A DNA stretch of 63,896 bases, the filler included, from Bradymonadales bacterium (GTDB lineage: Bacteria; Bdellovibrionota; UBA2394), in the NCBI GenBank assembly GCA_007693605.1. It is 5 parts of 4 records of this genome, joined end to end, with 100 filler letters (N's around TTAATTAATTAA, not from the genome) between each part and the next. Parts side by side here need not be neighbours in the genome. Positions count along the whole stretch, not along the records: positions 28,092 to 42,443 come from REDG01000055.1; 4 more parts are not named here. One strand, written 5' to 3'. This document shows positions 28,427 through 37,153 of this stretch, piece after piece; the first letter of the stretch is position 1, and the number at the start of each line of letters is the position of its first letter. The notes under the pieces are model-generated. The model searched no databases, was not told where the DNA came from, and saw only the letters and a program-made list of their open reading frames with translations. Made by a program: the position numbers and the translations under genes.

Positions 28427-30634
28427 TTAGCGAATAAAAGGCAAAGCGGGAGGGGCCTCAATAAGGACTCTTCCGGGCGGGCCATTGGGATCTTGAATCG
28501 GTCGCCCGTCTTCTTGGGTCTGAGGATTTTGGCCGTATACACGAAGCATCGGCATCAGTATTGAGGTCCCAATGCGATTGGTGCCTCCTTCAAAACCAGG
28601 AACCCAGATCGAATCGTAGTAATAAGGGATCTCTTCGCGATAAACTCGGGCAAAAGTACCCTGACCGTGAGTGCTGTCAATGGCCTCCATGGCGAGAAGA
28701 ATCTGAAGTAAATGAAAGTCTCGACCATGTCCACCCAAACTCCGTTCTCCTCGGCGCATAGGGCTATGAAAGGGCATTCCATATTCCCTCAGGGCGTAGC
28801 CTTCTGAGATCAAGAGTTGAAAGGCTTGTGAGTCGACCGTTCCCCGAAAAGTCTGGCCTTCAGGGGGGAGATCTAACCAGCGACTTCCAAATTGCCCTAG
28901 TCGATTGATTAGATCTGAGGATAGGTTTGTGGCCAGATACTCGGGGTCATTTAGCCGAGATGAATCAAGGGCGCGAATACCGGCTCTTGCGAGTGCCTCA
29001 TCCTGAGCTTGAATGAAGGCAAGATCATAGGCCTCTGTCTCTCGAAATCGTCCTTCCGCATCAAACGCTCCTCCCAGATCAAAATAGATGGCATCGGCCT
29101 TTCGAGTTAGGCCCTCGACCACTGTAGCTTCAAAGTGAGGGTCGACCCCCTTTTCAAAAAAGAGGCTGCGATAGTATGCTGCCGTCGTGCCGTCCACCAG
29201 TATCAGAGACTCTATCCGATCCGATATGGATTGGTTGCTGGAGTTTCGAGTTTCGTCTGACATGACTTCAAGGGCTGATGCCATCATTTGTTGCAACTGA
29301 TTTTCGTAAGCCCGATAATCAGCATCGCTGAGTTTGTCTTGCACGCTCTTTATGAAGTCTTTGTGTTCGATGAGGCTAAAGTCATAAGAGCTTGGTAGCG
29401 GGCCGAGATCTCTGCTGCCCGGATACTGAACCGTGGGATTGCGAGACAGAGGCAGATTGCCGTCTTGATAGTCTTGCCAAAGACTTTGAGCGCTCTCAGA
29501 TTCGAAGATTTTATCTCGATCAACTAGACGAGTTTGAGGGGCTGAATTTCTCTGCATATGAACGACCCAATAGAGGCCGCCAGACCGTTCTTTCGCCTCA
29601 ATCCGAAAATCTAGGCCCGGGGTGGCGAACAACGGAAAGAGTTCCGTCAGTTGAGCCAAATCTGGCTCTGGGTTTTCTCGAAGCAGTTGGCTGAGCTCAA
29701 TGCCAAGCCCCTCATCTGCCGGCAGACTCATGCTCAATTGATCATGTTCTGGATGCAGTCTCAACAGGCTTTCGAGCAATAGTTTGACCGTGCCCTGGCC
29801 CCCTAAGTCGGGTCGACTTTCAAAGGGAGAGATTCTAATATGGTCTGGCCGGTCGCCGTAGCCCAAGTGAATTCGGTATCTTAAATTGCCTTTGGTTGCT
29901 CCAGAGTTTCCGATCATTCGAAGCCCGTAGGCTCTGTAGTGACCTGGCTGGCCTCGCGCGAAGTCTGAAAGATAGTGTTGAAGATGAAAGCGACCTAGGT
30001 TGGTTTGCAGAGCGTAAGCTCTCAAGTCTTCTGGCCTGCGTTCTGACTCGGCCAAGCTTAAGTTATCTTCTGAGATGCGCGGATCACTAAATTCAGAACT
30101 GACTAGATTGAGACTTTCGATTTCAGCTTTGCTGAAGTCTTGGCCACTACTCGGGTGAACTCTGATCGCTCGAAGCGCACCATCAATTTGATCTGCTGAG
30201 AAGGCTCGTGAGAGGATCTCTCGTTTTTGCATGACTTGATCGGAGGTCCAACTAAAGATCTGGTAGGGCAGTTTGCCGCCCACACCGGCTTGATCTGACC
30301 CGTATTCAAAGGCTTCGATAAGACTCTGCCTTTGTGCATGAGAGAGTCGGCTCAGCCCGAGATTTGTTCTGGCGACCAAGAATATCTGCTCTGGGCTGGG
30401 CTCAACGGGCGAGATATCTTCATATTTTAAAAGGGGTTCGTTCGTCCAAGACTCTAGCTTGCGATCAGGAAATTGCGCCTGAAACTCGGCGAGACTCGTT
30501 TGGACTGAAGCCGGACTCGATCTTGAAGAGAGGATCTCATAGACCTCAAAACAGATACTCGAGGCCCGAAGACTTCCAGTGAGAACAACAAGGCTCAAGA
30601 ATGAGCAAAAACCAAGTTTTAGAAGGCGCCACAT
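28427..30634 (-). CDS. large exported hypothetical protein with a C-terminal HGxxxHxxQ motif
   Basis: Signal peptide MWRLLKLGFCSFLSLVVLTGSLRA; long ORF; GGHGRDFHLLQ near the C-terminus. Confidence 0.75.
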   Translation of the reverse strand: MWRLLKLGFCSFLSLVVLTGSLRASSICFEVYEILSSRSSPASVQTSLAEFQAQFPDRKLESWTNEPLLKYEDISPVEPSPEQIFLVARTNLGLSRLSHAQRQSLIEAFEYGSDQAGVGGKLPYQIFSWTSDQVMQKREILSRAFSADQIDGALRAIRVHPSSGQDFSKAEIESLNLVSSEFSDPRISEDNLSLAESERRPEDLRAYALQTNLGRFHLQHYLSDFARGQPGHYRAYGLRMIGNSGATKGNLRYRIHLGYGDRPDHIRISPFESRPDLGGQGTVKLLLESLLRLHPEHDQLSMSLPADEGLGIELSQLLRENPEPDLAQLTELFPLFATPGLDFRIEAKERSGGLYWVVHMQRNSAPQTRLVDRDKIFESESAQSLWQDYQDGNLPLSRNPTVQYPGSRDLGPLPSSYDFSLIEHKDFIKSVQDKLSDADYRAYENQLQQMMASALEVMSDETRNSSNQSISDRIESLILVDGTTAAYYRSLFFEKGVDPHFEATVVEGLTRKADAIYFDLGGAFDAEGRFRETEAYDLAFIQAQDEALARAGIRALDSSRLNDPEYLATNLSSDLINRLGQFGSRWLDLPPEGQTFRGTVDSQAFQLLISEGYALREYGMPFHSPMRRGERSLGGHGRDFHLLQILLAMEAIDSTHGQGTFARVYREEIPYYYDSIWVPGFEGGTNRIGTSILMPMLRVYGQNPQTQEDGRPIQDPNGPPGRVLIEAPPALPFIR

Positions 30635-30885
30635 CGCTTTGTAGGCCCTAGAGATTGCAATTTTAGTACCCCTCAAAAAAGGCCCTACAGGGCGGATCTA
30701 GGGCATTTGGGGCCGGGCAGCGACAAAGATTGCGGGGGAAGGCCAGCGATCTGCAGATCATTGCAGTTGTCTATTGGCCGGCTTGAATCTGGAGTCCCGC
30801 AAGATTTACTTCATCGGGGGTCAAGATTTGTCAGAAAATGTCGCAATCATTTCAGGGCTGCAATGAAATTCCTAAAGAAATTGAA

Positions 30886-30901
30886 TGGCATGATGATTGC
30901 A
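30886..30901 (+). promoter_or_regulatory. sigma54 (-24/-12) promoter
   Basis: TGGCATGATGATTGCA: GG-N10-GC, about 110 nt upstream of ORF 31014. Confidence 0.7.
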
Positions 30902-30950
30902 CAATAACCTGCCAAGCACTCAAGGAGTTTTGGGGGCAAAAAGATTTAAC

Positions 30951-31006
30951 TAGTTCGCGCTGAAGAATTCATGCGGCTTCGCCGCCGAATTCTTCAGCGC
31001 GAACTA
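30951..31006. repeat. 56-bp palindromic element with 20-bp perfect arms and a flanking AACTAG direct repeat
   Basis: TAGTTCGCGCTGAAGAATTC / GAATTCTTCAGCGCGAACTA with inner GCGGC-TTC-GCCGC. Confidence 0.85.
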
Positions 31007-31013
31007 ACTAGAG

Positions 31014-31940
31014 ATGAAGGAGAGTGAGATCATGAAATTCAAAGTTCAATATTTTTTACAGCCAGTGATTTTTACGAGTCTAGGCTTATTCAGCATTGGG
31101 TCTGCCGAGGCTTTCAATACAGGAAACGACGCCGTTCTCGGCTTGATTGAAGAAACGTTTGGCGGGCAAACCGCTCAATCAGGCGGAAGACCCAACACAA
31201 AGGTGGGCGGTGCGAATGTCCAGAAGGAGCAATGTCCTTTGCAAGCAGAACCCTTCGATCCCGACTATGATGTCTATTGTGCGGGTTGGGAGCCTCGATA
31301 TGCAGCGGATGAAGCCGATGCCGATAAAATCAATCAATGCATAATTTCGGCTGAGCCTAGTATCGACTGTCGAGATTTTCCAGGATTAGAGAAGGAGGAG
31401 AAGGTAATCCCCTGTACCGGCCGGACTCTTTCTCGAAGCTACGGGCCTAGAGTAAAGCTAACACCAGCGACAAGGTGTTCAGCTAGTACCGATGTGGGAA
31501 ACAAAGTGTTATTTTCCAGTATGACTAAACTTAAGCAAGAGTTGGAGGCTAGGGCCTGTGGTGAGCAAGACCCTAAGACAACCGAAGGGCGTTTGGATCG
31601 CCTTACCCTTTATTTTAGAACATGTAAACTGGCTCAGCATGAATTTTATTGGAGTCCCCTTAGGAGTTTTGCGTCGTTCGGGTATCATACGCCCGTTAAG
31701 TTGGAAAGGGAGCCTTGCCCTGCCTGTGACCACTTAAGGCCATTCAATGGTCTTCACGGTATTCGAACGCTTCCTTATGAGCTTAACTTCGTGGACACAA
31801 GTGGCGACGAGTTTGTCGACCTAGATAACGTGCAAAGGATTCTTGTAGATGAAGCGATCAAAGAGTTCATTCGTCAACGAGAGGGTGTCAACCCAACCCT
31901 TCCTACGAAGCCGCAGTTTGATCAGTATTATCGGCAATGA
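31014..31940 (+). CDS. secreted cysteine-rich hypothetical protein
   Basis: Signal peptide ending AEA; 10 Cys; SD AAGGAG ahead of the second Met. Confidence 0.75.
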   Translation: MKESEIMKFKVQYFLQPVIFTSLGLFSIGSAEAFNTGNDAVLGLIEETFGGQTAQSGGRPNTKVGGANVQKEQCPLQAEPFDPDYDVYCAGWEPRYAADEADADKINQCIISAEPSIDCRDFPGLEKEEKVIPCTGRTLSRSYGPRVKLTPATRCSASTDVGNKVLFSSMTKLKQELEARACGEQDPKTTEGRLDRLTLYFRTCKLAQHEFYWSPLRSFASFGYHTPVKLEREPCPACDHLRPFNGLHGIRTLPYELNFVDTSGDEFVDLDNVQRILVDEAIKEFIRQREGVNPTLPTKPQFDQYYRQ

Positions 31941-32003
31941 AATCTTTTTGGGTATCTCGGGGCCTTGGGCCAAGACCCGGTCAGAATGAAGTCCGCAATT
32001 CAA

Positions 32004-32040
32004 AGAAGAAGCCAAGACTCAAGTCTTGGCTTCTTCTCTT
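32004..32040 (+). terminator. 16-bp inverted repeat, probable terminator
   Basis: AGAAGAAGCCAAGACT-CA-AGTCTTGGCTTCTTCT followed by pyrimidines. Confidence 0.65.
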
Positions 32041-32123
32041 CACTTTGAAAGTCATTGCTTCCTATCGCGAGGGCGAGCTACTTTTGTAGGGATGTCATTG
32101 TGGGTCTGGGAAATGGCTGAGCC

Positions 32124-32672
32124 ATGTCGATTCTGAAGGTTTTTGAGGAGTCGATGGAGGGCAGGAGTCGAGGGTGGCGAAGTCTTTTGCTGCTCTGGTC
32201 AGCTTGGATTGCCTACCATGTTTTTATCGATCAAAACCCCAGCATTACTCGCAACCCGTTTTTCTTTTTTGATCATGGTATTCATGAGATTGGTCATTGG
32301 GTTACCAGACCTTTTGGGATGTGGGTGAGTGTTGCCTCGGGGACAATTTTTCAAGTTCTCTTTCCCTTTGTGCCTATCATCGCGCTTTTACGACAAAACG
32401 ATATTCACGGGGCATTTTTCCTTCTCACCTGGGTGTCTTCTTGCCTTCTCAATGTTGCGTTTTATGCTGGCAGCGCCGCTTATTCTGATCTCCTTCTTTG
32501 GACCCCTCATCGGCTCACCATCTACCACGATTGGGTGTGGATGCTCAGTCAACTGCAGGCCTTGCATTGGGCGCCGGCTATCAAGAATTTCTTTTATGCA
32601 CTTTCCGTCATCGCACTTTGCACTTCAATTGCAGGCCAGATCTTACTCTTGTGCTTGAAAAAGAGCGACTGA
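32124..32672 (+). CDS. membrane protein with HExxH (M50-like metallopeptidase)
   Basis: Multiple TMs, IHEIGH, ASGTIFQ, HDW. Confidence 0.65.
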   Translation: MSILKVFEESMEGRSRGWRSLLLLWSAWIAYHVFIDQNPSITRNPFFFFDHGIHEIGHWVTRPFGMWVSVASGTIFQVLFPFVPIIALLRQNDIHGAFFLLTWVSSCLLNVAFYAGSAAYSDLLLWTPHRLTIYHDWVWMLSQLQALHWAPAIKNFFYALSVIALCTSIAGQILLLCLKKSD

Positions 32673-32741
32673 TCTCGCTTGAATTTCATGAAATCGCTTT
32701 TCTCGAAGCGTCTTGTCGACCATACTTTTTGAGGGGGTGGC

Positions 32742-34622
32742 ATGAGTCAGCTTTCGTTGCTTAAAAATAGGCGTTTCTTTCCTCTCTTGGCCACTTTGTT
32801 CTTGGGCGCTTTCAATGACAACCTGTTGAAAAATGCATTGGTCTTTCTGGTGACCTACCAGTCGATTCAAGTCTTTGGCCTGCCCCCGAGCGAGGTCATC
32901 ATTCTGGCGGGCATGCTGTTTGTACTTCCGTATTTTTTGTTCTCTGCTTTTGCGGGGCAAGTCGCTGACAAGTTTGAGAAGAGTCGACTCATTCGCATCA
33001 TTAAGGCTCTTGAGGTGCTGATGATGGCGATAGCGGGTCTTGCCTTTTTGTCTGAAAAGATAGAATGGCTTTTGCTTGTGATTTTCTTGATGGGACTTCA
33101 ATCGACCTTTTTTGCACCCATTAAGTTCAGTGTCTTACCCCAACATTTGAAAGAGACAGAATTGGTCGGAGGGAATGCTCTCGTCAGTACAGGCACATTT
33201 TTCGCTATCCTCATCGGAACGGTGAGCGGGGTGTTGATTCGACTCAGTGAGTGGGGTTCAATTTTCGTCTCTCTGATTTTGTTTTTATTTTCAGCCTTGG
33301 GTCTGTTCGCAAGTTTTTGGATTCCCAAAGCGCCGGCGACCGATTCAAAGCTGAAGATCTCTTGGGAGCCCTTTACGCCCTCATGGCAGATGTTTCAATT
33401 TAGTCGCCAGAACAAGAGCGTCTTCTGGTCGATTTTGGGAAATTCCTGGTTCTGGTTTTTGGGCTCCTCCATTTTGGTATTGCTCCCTACTTATGCGAAA
33501 GAGATGCTTAAAGTGAATGAAATCACACTGACTTTTTTTCTCTTCGTGTTCACCGTGGGCATTGCTGTTGGAGCCCTTCTTTGTGAGAGGCTTTCAAGAA
33601 AAAGACTAGAGATTGGTCTGGTGCCATTTGGGTCTTTTGGAATGTTCCTGTTTCTTTTTGATTTGTTTCTGATCGGCGCCCCTAGTTACGAGGGGATGGT
33701 CGATGAAGCCGTCGGTCCCATTCAGTTTCTATCAAGTTATGAGGGAATTCGAATTTCCGTGTCTCTTTTTGGCCTGGCTGTCTTTTCTGGTTTTTATATT
33801 GTGCCACTTCAGACTTTGCTGCAACAGCGCTCGGAGCCCTCGCATCGTTCGAGGATACTCGCGGCCAACAATATCATGAACGCCTTGTTTATGGTGGCAG
33901 CGTCCTTTGCTTTGATTGGGCTCAAACGCCTCGGGCTTGAGATTCCGGATATCATGCTGGTTCTTGCTATGGGAACGGCTGCCGTTTCTTTGGTGATCTT
34001 CAATCTAGTGCCAGAGTTTTTGTTTCGATTTTTGCTTTGGTTGATTTCAAGCCTTCTTTATCGGGTGCGCGTTAAGGGCTATGAGAATTTACCGGAACAG
34101 GGTCCTGCGGTCCTTGTTTGCAATCATGTGTCGTTCGTCGACTGGATGCTGATTGGGGGGGCGATCAAGCGACCTATTCGCTTTGTCATGACTTATAAGT
34201 TTCACAGGGGATTTTTTTTGAAGAGAATCTTGCGACGAGGAAAGGCTATTCCCATTGCTTCGAAAAGAGATCGACCTGAAATCTATGAGGCGGCCTTTTC
34301 GAGAATTGCTGATGAGCTAGGGTCTGGAGAGCTGGTTTGTATTTTTCCAGAGGGCAAGCTGACTCCTCATGGTGAGGTCAATGAGTTTCGGCCTGGTATC
34401 GAAAAGATCATTCAGACCAGTCCCGTTCCGGTCATTCCGATGGCCTTGAAAGGTTTGTGGGGGAGTTTCTTTAGTCTTGAAGGGGCAAAGCCACTCTTGA
34501 AGTGGCCCAAGAAACTGGGAGCGCTGATTGAGCTTGAAGTTGGTCAACCAATTGAGCCTGAAAGAGTAAGGGCGGAAGAACTTGAAAGACAAGTCGTCGA
34601 GATGCGAGGCTCTTGGAAGTAG
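32742..34622 (+). CDS. MFS transporter fused to a PlsC-type acyltransferase (LplT/Aas-like)
   Basis: FLGAFNDNLLKN MFS N-terminus; NHVSFVD and FPEG acyltransferase motifs. Confidence 0.92.
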   Translation: MSQLSLLKNRRFFPLLATLFLGAFNDNLLKNALVFLVTYQSIQVFGLPPSEVIILAGMLFVLPYFLFSAFAGQVADKFEKSRLIRIIKALEVLMMAIAGLAFLSEKIEWLLLVIFLMGLQSTFFAPIKFSVLPQHLKETELVGGNALVSTGTFFAILIGTVSGVLIRLSEWGSIFVSLILFLFSALGLFASFWIPKAPATDSKLKISWEPFTPSWQMFQFSRQNKSVFWSILGNSWFWFLGSSILVLLPTYAKEMLKVNEITLTFFLFVFTVGIAVGALLCERLSRKRLEIGLVPFGSFGMFLFLFDLFLIGAPSYEGMVDEAVGPIQFLSSYEGIRISVSLFGLAVFSGFYIVPLQTLLQQRSEPSHRSRILAANNIMNALFMVAASFALIGLKRLGLEIPDIMLVLAMGTAAVSLVIFNLVPEFLFRFLLWLISSLLYRVRVKGYENLPEQGPAVLVCNHVSFVDWMLIGGAIKRPIRFVMTYKFHRGFFLKRILRRGKAIPIASKRDRPEIYEAAFSRIADELGSGELVCIFPEGKLTPHGEVNEFRPGIEKIIQTSPVPVIPMALKGLWGSFFSLEGAKPLLKWPKKLGALIELEVGQPIEPERVRAEELERQVVEMRGSWK

Positions 34623-35007
34623 GGGGCAGACTCCAGCAGCTGAAGAACGATTTGAATGCTGAGATTGGCCTGACCGAGCACAGAAATGCCGGCCTATTTG
34701 TTGATGCCCTCGTCAAACCTTTAGCCTCTGTAGATTTTTTGGACCAAGGTCCTTACCATTAAGATTGATTTGATGAGCTATTCAAAGGCTCGGAGGCGGG
34801 GGAATAGTCCGGCCGGTATTCTTTGTAGCACTTACAGAGTTCATAGATTGCTGACTGAGGGCCCCCTTCCTAGGGGAGTTACCTTGCTCCGTCCCGTGTC
34901 GTTTGAGGTTGGCTCGAAACACGGGCTGCGACCTGGCTATCTTGACTCTCAGACCCATCTAAACTGTGGCCTTTACTGAATCGGAATCTTTTGGGAGCTT
35001 GTTTTAG

Positions 35008-35808
35008 ATGGAAAGAGTTTATTTGGAGCTGTTGGGGCGGGCGCTCGAAGAGGGCGAAGATCGGGCAGATCGGACGGGCGTGGGAACCAAAAGTCTTTTT
35101 GGTGTCCAATGTCGTTACTCCTTGCGAGAGGACTTCCCGGTTCTGACCACCAAGAAGTTGCATTTGAGAAGTATCATTCACGAGCTTTTGTGGTTTTTGA
35201 GGGGAGAGACCAATATTCACTACCTTCAGGAAAACAAGGTGAGCATTTGGGACGAGTGGGCGGATGAAAGCGGCGATCTGGGCCCTGTTTATGGCGCTCA
35301 GTGGAGGCACTGGAAACGGCCCGACGGCACAGAGGTGGATCAGATATCTAGCCTAGTGAAGTCTTTAAAAGAAAACCCCTTTTCGCGCCGCCACATCGTA
35401 AGCGCTTGGAACCCGGGTGAAATTGAAAAGATGGCGCTTCCGCCTTGCCACTGCTTGTTTCAGTTTTTCGTTCACCGCGACGGGAGACTCTCTTGTCAGC
35501 TCTATCAGAGAAGTGCCGACCTTTTTTTGGGAGTCCCCTTTAATATCGCCAGCTACTCCCTTTTGGTTTTGATGTTGGCTCAAGTCTGCGACTTAAAGCC
35601 CGGCGACTTCGTGCATACCATCGGAGATGCTCATTTGTATTTGAATCATGTTGAGCAAGCGAAACTCCAGCTTTCTCGCGAACCAAAGCACTTTCCGAAG
35701 ATGAGAATCAACCCCAAGATTAGAGATATTTTTGAGTTTTCTTATGACGACTTTGAGCTTGTGGATTACGATCCTCATCCGGCGATTCGAGCGGAAGTGG
35801 CCGTATGA
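35008..35808 (+). CDS. thyA: thymidylate synthase
   Basis: [39 protein letters not shown]. Confidence 0.98.
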   Translation: MERVYLELLGRALEEGEDRADRTGVGTKSLFGVQCRYSLREDFPVLTTKKLHLRSIIHELLWFLRGETNIHYLQENKVSIWDEWADESGDLGPVYGAQWRHWKRPDGTEVDQISSLVKSLKENPFSRRHIVSAWNPGEIEKMALPPCHCLFQFFVHRDGRLSCQLYQRSADLFLGVPFNIASYSLLVLMLAQVCDLKPGDFVHTIGDAHLYLNHVEQAKLQLSREPKHFPKMRINPKIRDIFEFSYDDFELVDYDPHPAIRAEVAV

Positions 35809-36296
35809 TCATTTCTGCAATCGCCGCCATGTCAAGAAATCGGGTGATTGGGCTTCGGGGTGCTCTGCCCTGGCATATTCCGGCGGACCTAAAGTTCTTC
35901 AAAGAGAAAACCTTGGGGAAGTCTTTGATTATGGGGCGTAAAACCTTCGAGTCATTTCCAAAACCCCTTCCCGATCGAGAAAACATCGTCCTGACCCGTC
36001 GAAAAGGTTATCAGGCGGTGGGGGCCAAGGTCTTTTCTGATTTGGCGGAAGCGATAGACTACTGTCGCTCGAAGCAGCCTCTGCCAGACGAGATCTTCAT
36101 CGGCGGAGGCTCTGAAATTTACCAAGCCGCCATGCCCATGCTTCAGCGAATTTATCTGACCGTGATTGAGAAAGATTTTGATGGAGACACTTTTTTTCCA
36201 GAGATTCCACCAGGCTTCTCTTTGACAGAATCTCAGCCCGGCCGTCAAGAGAGCCCGGTTCCCTTATCTTTTGAGTTTCGAACCTACGAGAGGTGA
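35805..36296 (+). CDS. folA: dihydrofolate reductase
   Basis: [36 protein letters not shown]-coupled to thyA. Confidence 0.96.
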   Translation: MIISAIAAMSRNRVIGLRGALPWHIPADLKFFKEKTLGKSLIMGRKTFESFPKPLPDRENIVLTRRKGYQAVGAKVFSDLAEAIDYCRSKQPLPDEIFIGGGSEIYQAAMPMLQRIYLTVIEKDFDGDTFFPEIPPGFSLTESQPGRQESPVPLSFEFRTYER

Positions 36297-36364
36297 GGCT
36301 CATGAGAAAGTTCGAGCTTTTAAGTTTGGTGGTGAGGGCTCCTATTTTGTTCAGGGCTAAAGCA

Positions 36365-37153
36365 CTAACGCTTTAAGACTTTGGCGTTGAGGAGTCCGAC
36401 CCAGCTTCTAGGAAGAAATCGTGCTAGAAAAACCATGATCTTATTTCTCTTGCCGTCGATTACTGCCGCCTTCTTTCCTAAGGCTCGAAAACTGGTTTGT
36501 ACTACTTGTGGAGCCTTTCGGAATGGGAACGGGATCTTGTCCTTTCTTATCCCTGCCACATCGTGAAACTCTGTTGTGGTCAGGCCGGGAAGGACGGCCA
36601 AAACATCGACTCGATAGGGTCGAAGTTCGTGATAGAGCCCCTCTGCGAACAGTAAATCCCAGCCCTTTGTTGCAGAATAGTTTGCGAAGTAGGGGCTTGG
36701 TAGATGAGCGACAATACTCGAAAGAATGATGACTCCAGACCGAGGTCGGGACTTCAGAATGGGCAGAAGGCGATGAGTCAGCTCAAGGGGCACTCTCGCA
36801 TTCAGGTCAAGAAGTTGGAGTTGTTCTGATAGGCTGGATTCAAAAAAAGCTTCGTACTTTCCAAAACCCGCGTTGTTGATCAGAAGACCCAAAGGAATCT
36901 TTTTCTCCATGATTTGGTTGGTAAGAAAGGAGCAAGAGGCCTTCTCGGTTAAGTCGAGGGGAAAAACATCAATGCGTGGGCTGCCAAGCTCTCGACATTC
37001 CTCTGCCAAAGCTTCCAGTCGGTCTTTCCTCCGAGCGACCAGAACAAGTGAAAAGCCCTTTCGCGCCAGCTCCTTGGAGTACTCCAGACCCAGACCGGCA
37101 GAGGCTCCGGTAACGAGGGCCGTGGGGCCATAGACTTCTGGCGAGATGCTCAT
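36365..37153 (-). CDS. SDR-family oxidoreductase
   Basis: TGASAGLG, NNAG, YSATK. Confidence 0.93.
   Translation of the reverse strand: MSISPEVYGPTALVTGASAGLGLEYSKELARKGFSLVLVARRKDRLEALAEECRELGSPRIDVFPLDLTEKASCSFLTNQIMEKKIPLGLLINNAGFGKYEAFFESSLSEQLQLLDLNARVPLELTHRLLPILKSRPRSGVIILSSIVAHLPSPYFANYSATKGWDLLFAEGLYHELRPYRVDVLAVLPGLTTTEFHDVAGIRKDKIPFPFRKAPQVVQTSFRALGKKAAVIDGKRNKIMVFLARFLPRSWVGLLNAKVLKR

Noticed and set aside
31716..31733. CPACDH as a c-type heme motif
   Set aside because: Spacing is CxxCxH, not the CxxCH needed for canonical heme attachment
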